From Podarcis gaigeae (lineage: Eukaryota): 64,000 nt of DNA. The DNA lies in NCBI GenBank assembly GCA_964106915.2, contig OZ066914.1. One strand, written 5' to 3'. Below are positions 35,036 to 49,700 of the stretch, one piece after another; position 1 is the first letter of the stretch; every line of letters begins with the position of its first letter. The position numbers and the translations under genes were made by a program. Under the pieces are notes generated by a model that did no database searches, had not been told where the DNA came from, and saw only the letters and a program-made list of their open reading frames with translations.

Positions 35036-38000
35036 TGGACTAAGAATCCCTTGTGCTCGCCAATACTTTTGAAAGGTACACTAACAGCAATAGTGCCTTA
35101 TCTTCTCAAATGCTGCAGCAAGATGCTACAATATTATTATTTTTGTGCTTAACTTTAAAAAAAGGAAAAGGAGCCTTTCTACGTGAGCACCGTTTTCATA
35201 ACTCAGACTGCACTTCATATTTTTTTTAAGCTCCTGATGTACAATTTTATTTCCTCTTAAGTGGGTCGTACATTTGTTCCAATTGTGCTGCTCTGGTAGG
35301 AATGGAATTGTTACTACTTTTATATTAAATACGATACAGTACTTCTTATTTAAGGTGTGTTGAAACTGAATTTGTGTATTTTTGTAAATGTGACTGTGGA
35401 GATATAGATTGAAGCAGCAGGGAAGGTGTTTGGTAGTTTCAAAACCCGAGTCTACTTAGTGTCTTCTGGAGTATGTTACATCTGATTTGAGTGCAATCTT
35501 GTGTAAAGATTTATTTTCCAAATTATGTAAATGGGCAGATTTTCTCTGCATGCGTCGTTCGTAAGATCAAGTTAGTCTTGCTGTTGCTCTCCCAACATAT
35601 TCCTGTAGCACGGAAGCTTAAACAGCATGGGCATGCTTTATCAGTTAAAATACGATTTGTCACATGCTCAATACAATTTCACTTCAAAGAACACATTGTG
35701 CATTTGTGCTAGAAGAGCCAATAATATCTGAAAGTATATTTTGTGGGGAAGGGGCCTTGTCTCTGCCAGGGACAAGATTCTTAAGTTGCTTTCAGAATGA
35801 CCGTTTAAATGAAAAATAAAAATGCCGTTTTATTAAAATACAGGGTTTTGAAATGTACTCTCAAGGTTTGTTATATTCTACCCTTTTGAAATGAAATCCA
35901 CTTCTATAGCAACCTCTCTCTAACAAGGAAAGTAGTTTGTGTATTACTGGTACAACTAATTGTATAAATAAATTTATGACCGTCATCCAAAGCATCAGAT
36001 TCCCCAAAATATAGAGGTGAACACCTATCCTAGAAGGGAAGTCAATGATACAATGGGTTGTTTTTTTTTATCAGTAATGCTAGCGGATAGGTAGATAGTA
36101 CAAAAATAAGTGAGACCTGACCTTACCTTAAATAATGAAAGTTGTACGGTAAATGGATTTTCCCTCCAGAAAAGCCACAGATGTATTCAAGGGAAGCATG
36201 AACCAGAACATAGCCATGTAGCTTCTATACTGCTAAAAGGTTGCATTTCTTCCATGTACGAGGGCAACAACTCTTTAACAATATTGCAGTTTCATCCAAG
36301 TACCTATTGAATGGCAAAAGCTTCCAATCTCGCTACTAGCACAAGTGAAAAGTATCTTTAAGCATCTTCAAGCACAAGCATTTCTCAAGTGTATTGACTT
36401 CATTCAGATCCAGAAAGTTAAGTGCTAATTCATGGAGCAGGTTCCTATTTTTTAAAAAAAATTACAGACATCCACTGTTGGGGGAAGTGCAGCAAAGGAT
36501 CCTAAATACTGTGCTGATTAGTTTACATGCCAAATTCATGAAAGGCTATTAATCTCAGTACCACCCACCCACACTGATTTTTGCATGGCATCGTAAACTG
36601 GTTCTGGGATTTATCCCATTCCCCCCCACTTCTGAGGTGGACTTACCTGGCAGGTGTTTTTGGGAAGAGTAGAGGCAGCTCAGAAGACGTGCTGCTTCTA
36701 GGTACCCATTGGCAAGTAAGTTAAGAGTGCAGTGCAGACAAATTCTCTACACATCAGTTCTGGCATGCTTTCTTCCTGCACCATCAAGGTAATATAACAT
36801 AAGTAGCCTGGGGGGGGGGGTCACACCAGAACCCTTGAAAGGCACAAAAGGTAGCCAAGGACTGGATTGTTCTGTTGTTTTAGTGTTTACATGCAAGTGG
36901 GAAATGTCAGTTTTCACCTTTGAAATCAATGCTGGCTCTTTTTCATTTGAAGTTTGTAACTCATATAGCTGAGTAACTCATACAAGCCAGAGAGGGAGCT
37001 GCATGCAAGTTCCGAGTCAAGGGATGGGGCTTCAGAACCCCTCAAAGCTGCTTGACTTGACCCACAACTAACAGAAGCGAAATGTCATTCATTCAAAGCA
37101 AGCAAAAATACGCAGGTATTTTTCAGCTTTTCTCCGATGGCAGTATGTTTTGTCACAGCTGTTCTATTGAAGCCTCCAGAGCTGTCATATGACAACTACC
37201 ACCAGCTGGGAGGGGCAGAGACTTCTTGCACAGCCCTCTAAGGGAAGAAACTCGCAACTGTCAAGCCACATGGGTTTCATGCATTCTGAAGTAAAGCTAT
37301 GCTCCCAACTTGCATTTGAACTTGAATCCCGCCATAGAAGTAACTTGTTCATTATAGTTCTGCCTCTTCGTGATTCAGGTTTTAATCCAAATTCTACTTA
37401 CCTGGGAGTACGCCCTATTTAATTCAATGAGAGACTTCTGAGTAGACATGATTATGAGTGCAGCATTAGTCACATCAGAGGAGCAACGCTCTGGTGAACA
37501 GGTCATGAAGTTACTACTCAAGTGTTTCTTGCTCTTATATTTAAGTGAAATTGTATACACATATACTAACCAATGTGGAAGTTATACCAGGTGGGGCTGC
37601 CAGTGCAACTCTCCTTGCTACCGGGGCTTTGCAAATACTTGTATATATTTAAAAGGTTAAGACTGCAAATACTTCCCTGTACAAATAAGAGCCTACGCAC
37701 GTCATCAGGTAGGGAATCTGTTTTCTTCTTCTTCCCTTTTCAGACCACCACAAATGAACAAGAAAGGCAGGGAGGCCTTCATACACTTTTGAGTGTCATA
37801 GTTTGAAAGGGGGTAACAGCAGCACTAACTAATACTTGTATTGATTACATGCCAGAGCAGTCCTTTGGAAAAGCGGCAGGGTTTCCCTTATTCGTTTATA
37901 GCCTGCCATTCCTCCTGAGGGAGCCCAGGGCTCCATGATCTGATTTTGAAACATGCTGTTCAGAAAAGTGATTCGCACCACTTTGAGAAGCATGGTCTGA

Positions 38001-38056
38001 CAGATTTAGATCTAGCTGCAGAGGTTTGAATGTAACAGGCAATATGAGTAGCTAGC

Positions 38057-38084
38057 TGCCTGCCTGCCTGCCTGCCTGCCTGCC
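38057..38084 (+). repeat. (TGCC)n microsatellite
   Basis: Direct reading. Confidence 0.9.
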
Positions 38085-38384
38085 CACACCCATCCAAATA
38101 TATAAAAAGCTATCTTTGAAGACCAGAGCTTTTAAACACAGGTGAATATGCCTAAATATGTTATGTTTGTGGACCAGATTTTGTTTTTGTTTTTGTGACG
38201 AGGCATTAAAACTTGTCATGTTACTAGATATGTTTGGGGGGGGGGAATAAGAAGACTACTTTAACTCAAAAAGTTTAACTCAAAAAGTTAAAAAGGTGAG
38301 GCTCTCACTATCAGGAAAATAATGCCCAGCCCTCATAGATCCTGGTATCAAGCAAACAACATTTTCTTCAATGAATATTAATAA

Positions 38385-38600
38385 TAGGAATAATCTATTA
38401 CTTATACCCCGCCCATCTGGCTGGGTTTCCGCAGCCACTCTGGGCGGCTTCCAACAGGAGATTAAAAATACATTAAAACATCGAACATTAAAAAAACCGC
38501 CCTAAACTGGGCTGCCTTCGGTGTCTTCTAAACGTCATAGTTGTTTATTCCTTTGACATCTGATGGGAGGGTGTTCTACAGGTTGGGAACCACTACCAGT
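38385..38600 (-). mobile_element. L2-like LINE 3' end
   Basis: CCCCGCCCATCTGGCTGGGTTTCC...CCACTCTGGGCGGCTTCC next to an AAT-rich tail; recalled squamate L2 terminus. Confidence 0.6.
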
Positions 38601-39877
38601 GAAGAACTGAATTGAAATCTAGTGTCCTTATACTGTTCAAAATCAGTTTAATACGAACTAAGCAGCAGTTAGACTTTGTAGGCTGTCAAATCTCTCCTCT
38701 GACAGAAGACATGCCTTTTTCTGGAAAATAAACTATATAGTTTTGACACATTATTCTATTGTATCAACCTATTTCAGTGTATTGCTCTTACACCGAATTG
38801 TAAATCAACATATAAAATTATGCTAGCCTTAAAATATGCTACATTGCATTTCTAATATATAAAAATGGATAGTCCTACTGTTAAGTGGCTAACCTTGATT
38901 AGAAAATTAGGCTAATTTTAAGAATTGATGTAGTGTTTAGAATATAGTGGGGAATTATTATGTCTTATAACAAAGGGCAAGCTTGGTTTAATAGGTAGTG
39001 AATCCAACCTGAGTGTTTTCAAAATGAATATGCCCTGCATGTCCACGCCAATATTACATTCAAAAAAGATTACATCACAGTTGATTTAATTTAAACAGAA
39101 CATAAACAAAACTGCATATTCAAGATAGTTTAATATGTATTTTCCGAATTAGAAATATCACTTTCCTAAATGAAAATTACTAGTGTAATGACTCATTTCT
39201 CCCCCGATCACTGAATTACATTATTTACACATATAATACAGGTTGATTGTAGCTCAAAACATTATTAAAATAAAATGTTTAATAGATACAAAGGATCTCT
39301 TTCCCCATAACATAGCTTTAGAGGGTGTCCAAACACCCATTTCAAAGTAATTTTCTACTAGCATTAAGCTATTTAAGTGCAAACAATCTTTTTTGGGGGG
39401 AGGGGGGAACCTCTATGATTGCAGCATCCATCTTCCTGAATTACATTTATGAAGTCAGAAAGTAATGACTTTCATTTCCCATGAGAGCATTCTAGACTAA
39501 CCATTGCTGGATTAAAAAAAAATCAGTGCAAAAAGACCCAACAATGAAGTTCTAATTTATATAACCATTAAACTTATTCAGATTTAACAAACATTTTGTT
39601 TTACAGAGAAACTGGAAAAGTTATACTATTTTTAACTGCAACACCAAAAGAAGTATTTTTTAGCAAAATCCTTCTTTCGGCCATCAGCCTAAATATTAGC
39701 TGTAAAAAGAATTCATTACATTATTATTTTTGTAAAACACTATGTGATTCACATAACTCCAAGTTTACACTCTGCCTTTAAGAATTTGTGGTGCTCCCTG
39801 GCTGAACAGCAGCTCCTGGTTCCATTGCCATTACTTCTTGTTCTGTGTTCAAAGATTTGCTAGCAGAAATGTGATGG

Positions 39878-39931
39878 CTATACTACAGTTCCACTTGGAG
39901 AATTGGCCTGGTTTTGGGATGGCAATAAACC
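39878..39931 (-). CDS. WDR20: WDR20 distal terminal exon (alternative C-terminus GLLPSQNQANSPSGTVV-stop)
   Basis: gtttgcag|GGT TTA TTG CCA TCC CAA AAC CAG GCC AAT TCT CCA AGT GGA ACT GTA GTA TAG; matches the recalled long-isoform tail; in phase with donor GTG|GTAAGT at 51926. Confidence 0.9.
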   Translation of the reverse strand, partial: GLLPSQNQANSPSGTVV

Positions 39932-42900
39932 CTGCAAACAAAGCAATTTGCATTAATCCAGCAAGAGAACCCAGCATTTAGTTTTCTAAACAGTTCTATA
40001 TATATCTGTAGACTTTCAGTGCACAGTGGCATTTGCATATTATGACTTCAAAGTGATAGATCACATTGTTCGAACGTCTTAACATGAACGATTTCGCTCT
40101 TTATGTAGCAGTTTAGTTCAAAGTAACTTATAAGATGTAGATCATAATTAGAATTCCAGGGGTGTAGCAGCTGTAATATGTTCCAGCAAGGAAGGAATAT
40201 GGTTGTTGCTTTAACATGAACATGAAGTATCCTGATAAAACTTGACGAAGTGGGTTTTAGTCCACAGAAGCTTATATGTATGTATTCATTTTTAATAGGC
40301 CCCAGGAATCTTGATTATGACCGTAGTATGATTAGATTTTAGCTCATGTCTTACAAAACTTAAGCTATCCTATTAAAAACATAAAGTCAGTGAGCTACAG
40401 GGCACATTTGTGCCACAAGTCTTTTACCAGGAGGTTACGATCAACATGTATCTCTCCCTGCTGTATGCACCTTGCAACCATAAGACACAGGTATTCGTGA
40501 GGGGCTCTTCAGCCAGATGTTTCAAAGTGCAAGGTGGAGCCCCTCTCAGCCACTGTATCTATGCCAAGAAAAGATGCTGCAGCCTATTGTTTCTTGGATG
40601 CAGAACTGCTGGTTGGGGGGGGGGGAATTACCCTGCTTTTTCAAATGACGTAATGGACCCTTCCCAGCCTGTGGATCTGCCAAGCCAACAGAACCAATGT
40701 TGCTATGTCAGACATAGACATCACAGGGAAGCAACCCTTTAATAGGAAATCATTTCACCTCTAATGAAACGGACAAACTGAACACTAATAAGCAATTGCA
40801 GCTAGTGGTTGCGCTTGCAGTGAACTCTCACGTTTCCAATTAGCATTTTAAAAAAACTGAGTTTTAAACAATGGGAAATGCTCGTTTCATATTTAATTTG
40901 CAGCTCACTAAGCAACCGTTTCTCCAATCAGAAACTGATCAGCAAGGCTAGCAAAGCTGGCTTTAGAGATACGGTTCTGAACATTTCTGTATTATACCCC
41001 TCCCCTAACAGATACACTGGCATCTACACCTAACTTGGGTGCTTGTTTTTTTAGTTTTGTTTCTTAAATACCGTTGTTCCACTTTAAGCATGCATGGGGG
41101 AAATCCCTCATTTTGAATACTTGGTTTTGCAGGTATTTTTCTTACCTGAATATTGTGAAATTCAGGTTGGATCAACCAGATGGGCGGGGTACAAATCATC
41201 ATTATTATTAATAATTGTAATGTAGAATTAAGTCTTCAGAATCTACAGGAGCTCTTTTGGGGTCCGATCCAAATACTGAGAAAGCGCTATGAAAGAGAAG
41301 TATACTCCCTGCTCTTGAAACCAGGTTGGACAAAAGTGCCCTGCTTTGGAGAACACAAGCTACCCAGACCAGAACCTGGCCTGATATTTTCATCTCTTAA
41401 AAATGTCTAAACCAAGTTTATTCAAGATGACATTTCAGATAGCACACAGAAAGACAGACATAGTTCCTCCGGGTACACTAGGGTATAATTCAAAGTGTCT
41501 TCATTTTAAGCCCAGTAGCCTAACCACTGTTTCGGTAGGCACACACTTTTCATATTACAGTGTTATGCACAACATAGTCTAGCATACCCCACACCAAAGT
41601 TATGTCGCAGAGAGAAATGTGTAAAACTGCTGATTTCAAAATGGGAAAGGAGCCTTTGAGAAAACACCACTCTGAATAAAGAGTATAGCATTAGCTAGAA
41701 ACAAGAGAGAGGAGAAAGTAGCAAAAAAAAATGTGAAGTCAGATCTAAACCATCTGCACAAACTTGCCTTGTCATAGGAGTGATGGCCCCAAAGTCGGAT
41801 TCAATAGGAAAAATAAATGCTAATGGACAACCCTTAATCAACATAGCTAAAAAACACGGTCGGTTCTGTGGCTGATATCTGTATGGTCACTATATTCTTT
41901 ACGTTTCTCATACATGTCAATATTAATAAACAAATTGCTTTACTTGGTTAGGCCACAGGTCCAAATGATGAATATCATCCAACATCAATGATTTACTGTT
42001 AACCCAGGTGTTCATAATCAGAGTTTGACAACAAAATTTGACTTAGTAGACAGCTGTAGGTAGTGGTGCTCTCAGCTGAATTGATGAGGATCACTTTTCA
42101 CTGCCAAAGTCCCCATGGTTCATGCCTCCAGTTTTCATTTCTGCACATTTCCATAGCTCTTCACAGCCACCATTTCTTCTCATCTGTCACTGCTGGGGGG
42201 CAGGGGAGGAGAGAAGGGGGAACATGTCCCCATTTCCAAGGCAGCTGGACCCATGATCTCCTATGGTGTGACTGCACATGCATCCCATTGAAAAAAATGT
42301 AATGCAGAGCAAATACATTTATATTTGGATATGTAAATGTACTCAAACATATATCCCTAATGCAAAGGTGTGTTTGGATGGGGAAACAGATTCCACACAC
42401 ACACACCCCATGCACAGACTTGAAAAATTGTCAGAGGTGTGTAACTTTCCCAACAATTTCTTTAAGCTCTAGTATACAGCCTCTGAACGAGCAAGTTCTA
42501 ATTGGCTGGCTGCGAGCAGCTAGCCTGACTCAAGCGCTCTGGACCAAGAGAAGCTGAATTCTGTTACCTGTATGATTATGAAGAAATTACATCTATTTGC
42601 TGGATTTGCATAATATGTTCTGCTTCTGCCCAGGCATGAAGATCTTATTTATCCAGCATTCTGGCTTCTTAGAACTTCTATGGCATGTACCCATTCAAAA
42701 CTATCTATGAAACTATAAATGCCGGAAGTGTGTCCTTTTAAAATAAAGCAATGAAAAGAGAGGCCATAATATTCTAAACTCTGCATAAGATGGGTTGAGT
42801 ATGGGGGGAAATTACAAAATATGAGTGACTGTTGTCCATTGGTCCAAGTATTCTGATCAACAGCAGCTCTACTTGTTAAAATCCAGTTTAAATCCTTTAA

Positions 42901-43307
42901 CTGCAGGTGCTTGCCAGTGAATCTAGAATCTTCTGTATACAAACACCATGAACTCTCTCCAGGGCTGGCCTGATCATTAGAGAAAGTGAAGCGTCCACCT
43001 CAAGTACCTGATTTTGAGTATCATTAAAGAGCAGGAAATAGCGGCTTATTCTTTTTACTGCCAGGAAGAAGTGCTTGAAGGATTTTCTTCTTCAGGTGCC
43101 AAAATAACTTGGCTGGCCTTGGGTACTATGTACCTTGAAAGAGGGCATTTGATGCTCTATCAGGCAACATCACGTCTAGAGCAGGTCCAGTTTGCAACTG
43201 AGCTATGGACTTTTGCTTGCGGAGTACACACAATAACAGCCCAACTTTAATGATTCATTTTCCCCCCTATAGCCAGTTGCCAGTAATAGATCCATTAGCC
43301 ATAAGTA

Positions 43308-43746
43308 CCGTATTTTTTGCCCTACAGGACACACTTTTCCCCCTTCAAAAATGAAGGGGAAATGTGAAATGTGTGTGCATCCTATAGGGTGAATGCAGGC
43401 TTTCACTGAAGCCTGGAGAGCGAGAGGGGTCGGTGCGCACTGACCCCTCCCACTCTCCAGGCTTCAGGAAGCTCTCTGCAAGCCTTGGGAGCCCGTGAGA
43501 GTTCCCATCGGGCTCCCTAGGCTTGTGGATAGCAGCCTGCATCTTGAAGCCTGGGGCGCGCTGCACAGGCAGATATCTGCAAGGCGTGGGAGCCCGGCGG
43601 GAAGTCGTGCCGGTCTCCCAAGGCTTGCGGAGAGCTGCCTGTTCTGGGAGGGAAATAAAAAAAAAATATTTATTCTCTTCCCCCCCCCCCCAAAAAACCT
43701 AGGTGCGTCCTATGGGCCGGTGCACCCTATGGGGCGAAAAATACGG
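43308..43746. mobile_element. Tc1/mariner-type MITE
   Basis: TA|CCGTATTTTTTGCCCTA...GGGGCGAAAAATACGG|TA. Confidence 0.85.
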
Positions 43747-46700
43747 TAACTAAGAATGAAACATCTATGTTCAAAGGCTAATTGGGCAGTCTTTGAGCAT
43801 TGCTAGTTCAGCAAAGGTTGGCAAATTTTAATGATAAATTGTCTTCTCTTACTCTTTCCAAGTTCTAAGCTGTTCAAGCTAACAAATGGTGACTCCCGTC
43901 AGCACAAAGCTGTTTAACAATATAAAAATGTCCTTCAAAATTATCTAAAACACTTGGGGCCTGGATCTAGAGAACTACGTGACTAATTTGACACCCAGAG
44001 AACCTTTGTATTGATCAGTCAGTCCCCACCACCACAGGCCAGTTCAAGGAGCATTTAAGTATAAAGAACTTCTCATACTTTATAGTTTTCAAGCCGCTTA
44101 GCCAACTAGCTCAAATACCGTGTGCGGCCTCCATTCACTTCTCCCCGAGTACAGCAGTTTAAGCTGTGGAACCCTAGGGTGTTAAAATATTATTGTGGCT
44201 CCATTTTGTTTCCTTTAATAACTTTAAATAATAATAATAATAATAATAATAGTAACAACAACAACAACCCAACAAATGTTATGGGCTACAACTCCCACAT
44301 CCCTGACCATTCTGGCTGGGCCTGAAAGAAGCTGGATCCCAGCAACAGCTGTAAGATCCCCAATTATCTAATTCTGTTAAAGCTAGAAGTAGGACATTTC
44401 AGCTCTGAAGTAGTAAAGAGTTTGAAAAAGATCACTACTTGAAGCCTGTGTGTTCTAGTATTCCCTTGTGGGTATTTTTGGTATTGTTTCATCTGTTTCT
44501 GGATAGTGCAGGACTCTGGAGAAGGGTTTGCTTTAAACCCAGATAAGAACAGACTTTCATTTATTATAGTGTAGATCATTCCTATTTAATATGTATTTAT
44601 CCCCTAAATTTCCCAACCAGGGAAGAATCAAAATATATTTAGTGCCTAGGGGTGCAGCTGACATCTGAGGTGGTATGCCCAAAGTATACAGATATAATCA
44701 GGGATCAAATATATCTTGGCTTTGTGGGGCTTGGGAAACAGAAGCCATCAACACTGTAATAAATGGTTTTCTTATAAGATGACATTGATCAGCTTCAACA
44801 AAATCTATTACATGCATATCTCAGTCACACGTAGGAAAGAAAAGAAGCTTAGCAGAGACATTGTAGAATAACTGAAGACAGGTTTTCTGTAGGTCTCACA
44901 CTTACTATATGCAGATCAATAAATTTTTACTGGCCCAACTTTCCATGGTTATTATGTAGGCATCCCTTTCAAGTAATCATTTACTCGACAGAATGAAAAG
45001 GTAGCTATTTCTCTATCAAATATAACAAGTAGGGCATAATACATCTTGAATCTCTTAAGGTACCATCCTTAAGTCTAAGGAGGGAATCCAGCTGCTCTCT
45101 CTATTTTTTCCTTTTTGTTTGCACATACATCGGAGTGTTTGAAAGGGTTCATCTACCATCCACAGAAGGGAGACAGGATCATTCCCTAGTTTGCTTTTAA
45201 AGAAAATTGACTGTTTCAGAAAGGTTGTACAAGGAAACTATCAAAAAGAAATCCAACTATGATCAATATAAACCTTTTCTTTTCAAATGCTTGGCACATC
45301 AAGACAGGAAAAGGTTCTTAGAACAATTCAAGTATTTTTCTTGGGCAAGCAAACGAAGTTGAAACAACATTGCTTCTATGCAAATACTCAGGGAGGAAAC
45401 CGGTACCTTGCATAACACACTGCAACAAATATTGAGACAGTGAGAGCCAAAGCTACCCGACAGACAAAAAAGGCTGCTCTCTTTAGACACAATAAAAACA
45501 AGCTATTCCATTCAAGACGGGTTAACAATGGGGAGCCCTATGAAAGGCATTTAGGGGGTGCAGGGGGAGGCAGAATCGCCAAAATTTGCCTGCCTCCCAT
45601 TCATCTGATGTATTACTTCTGTCGGAAGACTTCACTGGACACCACCCAATCTCTTTACAGAAATTAAGACTGCATAATCTTATTGATGTAAGTTCTCCTT
45701 CCAGACTTCTTCTAAAATATGTCCACTTTCCCTTTTGCAACATACTCTGCTTCTATCAATGAGACACGAAAAAGCATTTGGCAGTAGTTGGGGCACCGTG
45801 CTCTAGTGCATTGCATGTCACTTCTACAAGGTCTATTGCCAGGGGTACCTAACATGGTGCCTCCAGATGCTGCTGTGCTACTTATTCCATCATCGCCAAC
45901 CATCAGCCAGGCTGGCTTGGGCTGATGGAGGTAGGAATCAAATGAAATCTGGGGGGTACCATACTGGTACCCTGAATATAGCAAACTTCAAGGAGCAATA
46001 CCCTTCATATGTTCAAGGTATATACTCTCTGCAAGTAGGATCACACACCAAGATATGGTTACGGTTGCTAATTTAGCAGAAACTGCCGTACCCAGTGAGG
46101 AGCTTGTCTCTCTCGTCAAGTTTGGAAACCAAGTTGCCCGATGGCCAAAATTAGGGGTGATCCATTCAAAAATTAAACCGGAGCCAGTGTAGAGAATCTT
46201 CAAATGCTTTTCCTGGGGAAAGCTATATGCTGAAAGTCATGATCTTGCTGTGACACAGACTCTGTACCCGAAGGTAGTGGTCATATAACTCTTCAGCAAG
46301 GATAGCTCCACCCCCTCCCCTTTTCATTCTGTGTTTTCATAAAGCTTGGGGGGTGGGGGGTTACTGCTAGATTTAAAGCCACTTTGGTGCACAGAGGCAA
46401 ATGGACAGGAATCAAAGGAATTGGGTAACTAGAAAGTAACGTAACCGAACAGTAGTAGGAAGTATGGCTTTGGAAACCAGGTTGGGAGATGAATTTTTAA
46501 ATCCATAGTTAACGTGCAAGCCTGGGGAAGATACCTTCTAGTGACACTACCATGCCTGCTTCTGATACAATTAAGAACTCTTGCTTTTGGAGAGAACACA
46601 GAAAGAACCAAGTGGTCTAACCAAATTTGAATTAAAGTTTGCCAGCAACATCCTGCAGTATCAGCAGCCTACATTACCCAAACACTTCAGAGTTGCACGA

Positions 46701-49700
46701 ATCTGTGTTTAAAGTTAGGCTTGGGTTGTCCTTTTATGCACTTCAGTCTGGTGAGCAGCCCCTAAAGCGCTTAAACGTTAACGTGCATTGTTGATAAACA
46801 AAAGAGCTCCTGCAGAATCCAAAAGGCATCAATTCTCCATTCCATTGGTTGTTTAATGGATTTACATCATCATCTTACCTTCTCCCACAATTCCCTGTTA
46901 TTTAAACTAGAAATACCAATTTTAACCACGCCCACTGCATATTTTCTCATTTAAGTCATACAACAATCCATATGGTTATCTATGACAGTTCAAATGGACA
47001 TGAATTATGACAGATCAATATAAGTAAGTAAGTCAAAGCTGACATCTGAAAACTGTATGAAATAAGAGGTTGTACATTGGTCATTTATAAAAATGGCAGT
47101 TACAGAGGCAGCAGTTTCACGGTGGCCATTTTTTGTTCAGGAATATGCTTCTTCCTGCATAGAAGTCTTAACTGCGGCAGATCAATATTAGAACTTCAGG
47201 CATGAGAAGCACTATTGACAGTTATCTACATTTTACAGTTCAGTCACACTTTTTATTTAATGTCAGTATACAGAGGACAACCCCAGTAAATTATTCTGTA
47301 ATGTCAAGTATTTAGTAGGGTTCTTCAGCTGAAACAGTGACATAAAACGCTAAAAAATAAGCAGTATGAAACAAACATGATTTTTTAAAATTATAAATAT
47401 AACAATACTTATTAAAGCTTCATTATTATTGCAACAGTCAATTTAGTTTAACAATTTGTTATGTTAGAAAGGCTCTTATGAAATTTATTCAAGTTGTCAA
47501 GAAATTAGATGGACGTTTATAAAGAAAATACATATGAATTTTACTGTTGATTTTTTTTTCACTATATCATTACAATTTTGTACAGTATCACCTAACGTGT
47601 CAATCTTAACAAATTCATGTATACAGATTTCATAAATGCAGGAAAAAAGTCTCGCTTTTAAACTTTACACAAGTTATGTGACAGTAAATTAGCTGGTTTT
47701 CTTTCTTTAAGAACACAAGCAGGCCAGCAGTTATTCTAAATGCAAATTTAGTAGCTTTAACGTGGTAGGAGGAGACATATACAGTCTTTTCAAGTACATA
47801 ACTGAGTTCCAAAAGATCAAGCATTTCTGAAAAGTCTTTAGTAAGAATCTTTCCCTCCTAATCTGGACACCCACATAATAAGGCAATTACTCTTTCCTGG
47901 CTTCACAGAAGTAACTGGCCCACTCTCAACTGGGCAGCTTTTTAACCTGGTGTACTAAGCCAACACCAATCCCGAGAACTTTGCATGGCAATATTTCAAG
48001 GAATCCCAACTCTCGTTTGCAGTGTTTATGGTTCAATATATTTCATTTTATATCATGGCAACCTCAAAATCAAGAACTGATTTAGCAATTCCTAACCATC
48101 CCTGAATTTAAAATTAAGTCAAACGAAATAAGATAGTACTTCCCAACAGCACTTTATACTTCAGTTCTAACAAATGAAATGCCCTTTGCCAATGAAGATT
48201 TAGTAGTAAACGTGACGTCTTCCCATGCCCAAATAGTAAAACAAAATGTCTGTTAAAACAGCAATGATAGAACTCATTTAAACATGATGCTGTACTATAT
48301 AGTTCCTGTTTATTGGAAAACTAAAGGACGTTCTATAATTTAACTCTAAATTTTTCCCTGTACAATATAGTTCAAATAAATATTCTAAATTTCATGTGCA
48401 TTTTGTTGTACAAAGTGGTAACACATTTTCTCAGCCAGGGTATATGCTGCCATTTCACTCAACTACTGTATTCATTTGCAGTTGTCTACTCTTTCTTACC
48501 ATGAGTTTTCCGGTTAAGTAGCGGCAAGTTCCCCTGAAATTACAAGGGGTTGGAGATCAGGGATAACAATGCTTTGGCCCTATAGGTTTTGCTAGACTGC
48601 AGCTCCCATCATCCCTAGCCTTTGGCTCTGCTGCATGGGGGTTGATGGGAGCTGCAGTCCAGTAGCACCTGGAGGGCTGCAGATTAGCCTGCTACTGAAA
48701 GCAACACCTCCATGTGTGACAGTAGTACTGCAAAAGAAATGCAAAAGCTTTCCTGCCATCTCTGCCATACGATGTAATCAGGAAGGAAATGGCCGAGAGA
48801 TAGATAAGCAGTTTTGTCTTTCCCAGTAGTACAGCATATATATATATATTTTTACAAAGTCATTACTGAGAAGTTTTGTTTCCTGTAGAGTAGGTAGTTT
48901 CTCCCACAAATTAGTGCACTTCTAAAATGTTGCTGCGGTATGCAACATGGGCTTGTCCCATGTTTTCTGCTGAACATGGTACTTTAGATCTGAACTCGTG
49001 TTTTAAGTAGCATTTCAAAAGAGAAAGGAAGTTAAGGAAGCTCAAGACATGGTGCAAATGCTACACAGAGGTCATAATGTTTGTAGCGTAGATCTTCTTG
49101 CTCCAACCCGGCAGCGAGTCTGTCTGTGCCCTATGGTGGTGGTGGGGGGGGAGATATTGTCCAGTGACATCTGCAGGGCACTACATAGGCTTCCTCTGCC
49201 CTATGGGTCTCTGAGACTCAAGTCTAGCCAAGTATCAGCCAGATAAAAGCTGTTTATTCTAGGGAGGGACTGTCCGTACCAGGGATGGGTTAGCCTGCGG
49301 CCTTCCAGGTGTGGTCAGACTACAACTCCCATCGTCCTCAACCATCAGCCATGATGGCTGGGGCTGAAGGGAGCCCAACACGAATACCGCAGGTTGCCCG
49401 TCCCTGCTTATTCAAACCCTGTTCTTCTCAAGAAAATAACATTTGCTTTCCTGACTGCATCAGCCTGGCAGACAGACAGGTGAGGAAGGAAAAAGACAGG
49501 GTTGGCTCAGTAGCAGTGAGGTTTCAGACTGCGCAACTGGTTGAGTCTTCTGGCCCATTTGCTCCTCAAACTGGAAGTTTGTGGCCCTTCTTTCCAACTG
49601 AGATCCTCTGCCAAAGGGTGGGTGGGAAACAAATTCAGCAGAGGAAAAGGGCAATGGAAGTACTTTTCGAGGAGTCTGGGAGAGAAATGTCAACGCGGGA

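Noticed and set aside
41960-42080. Possible C/D snoRNA (ATGATGA)
   Set aside because: Antisense to the host intron, with no convincing D box plus terminal stem.
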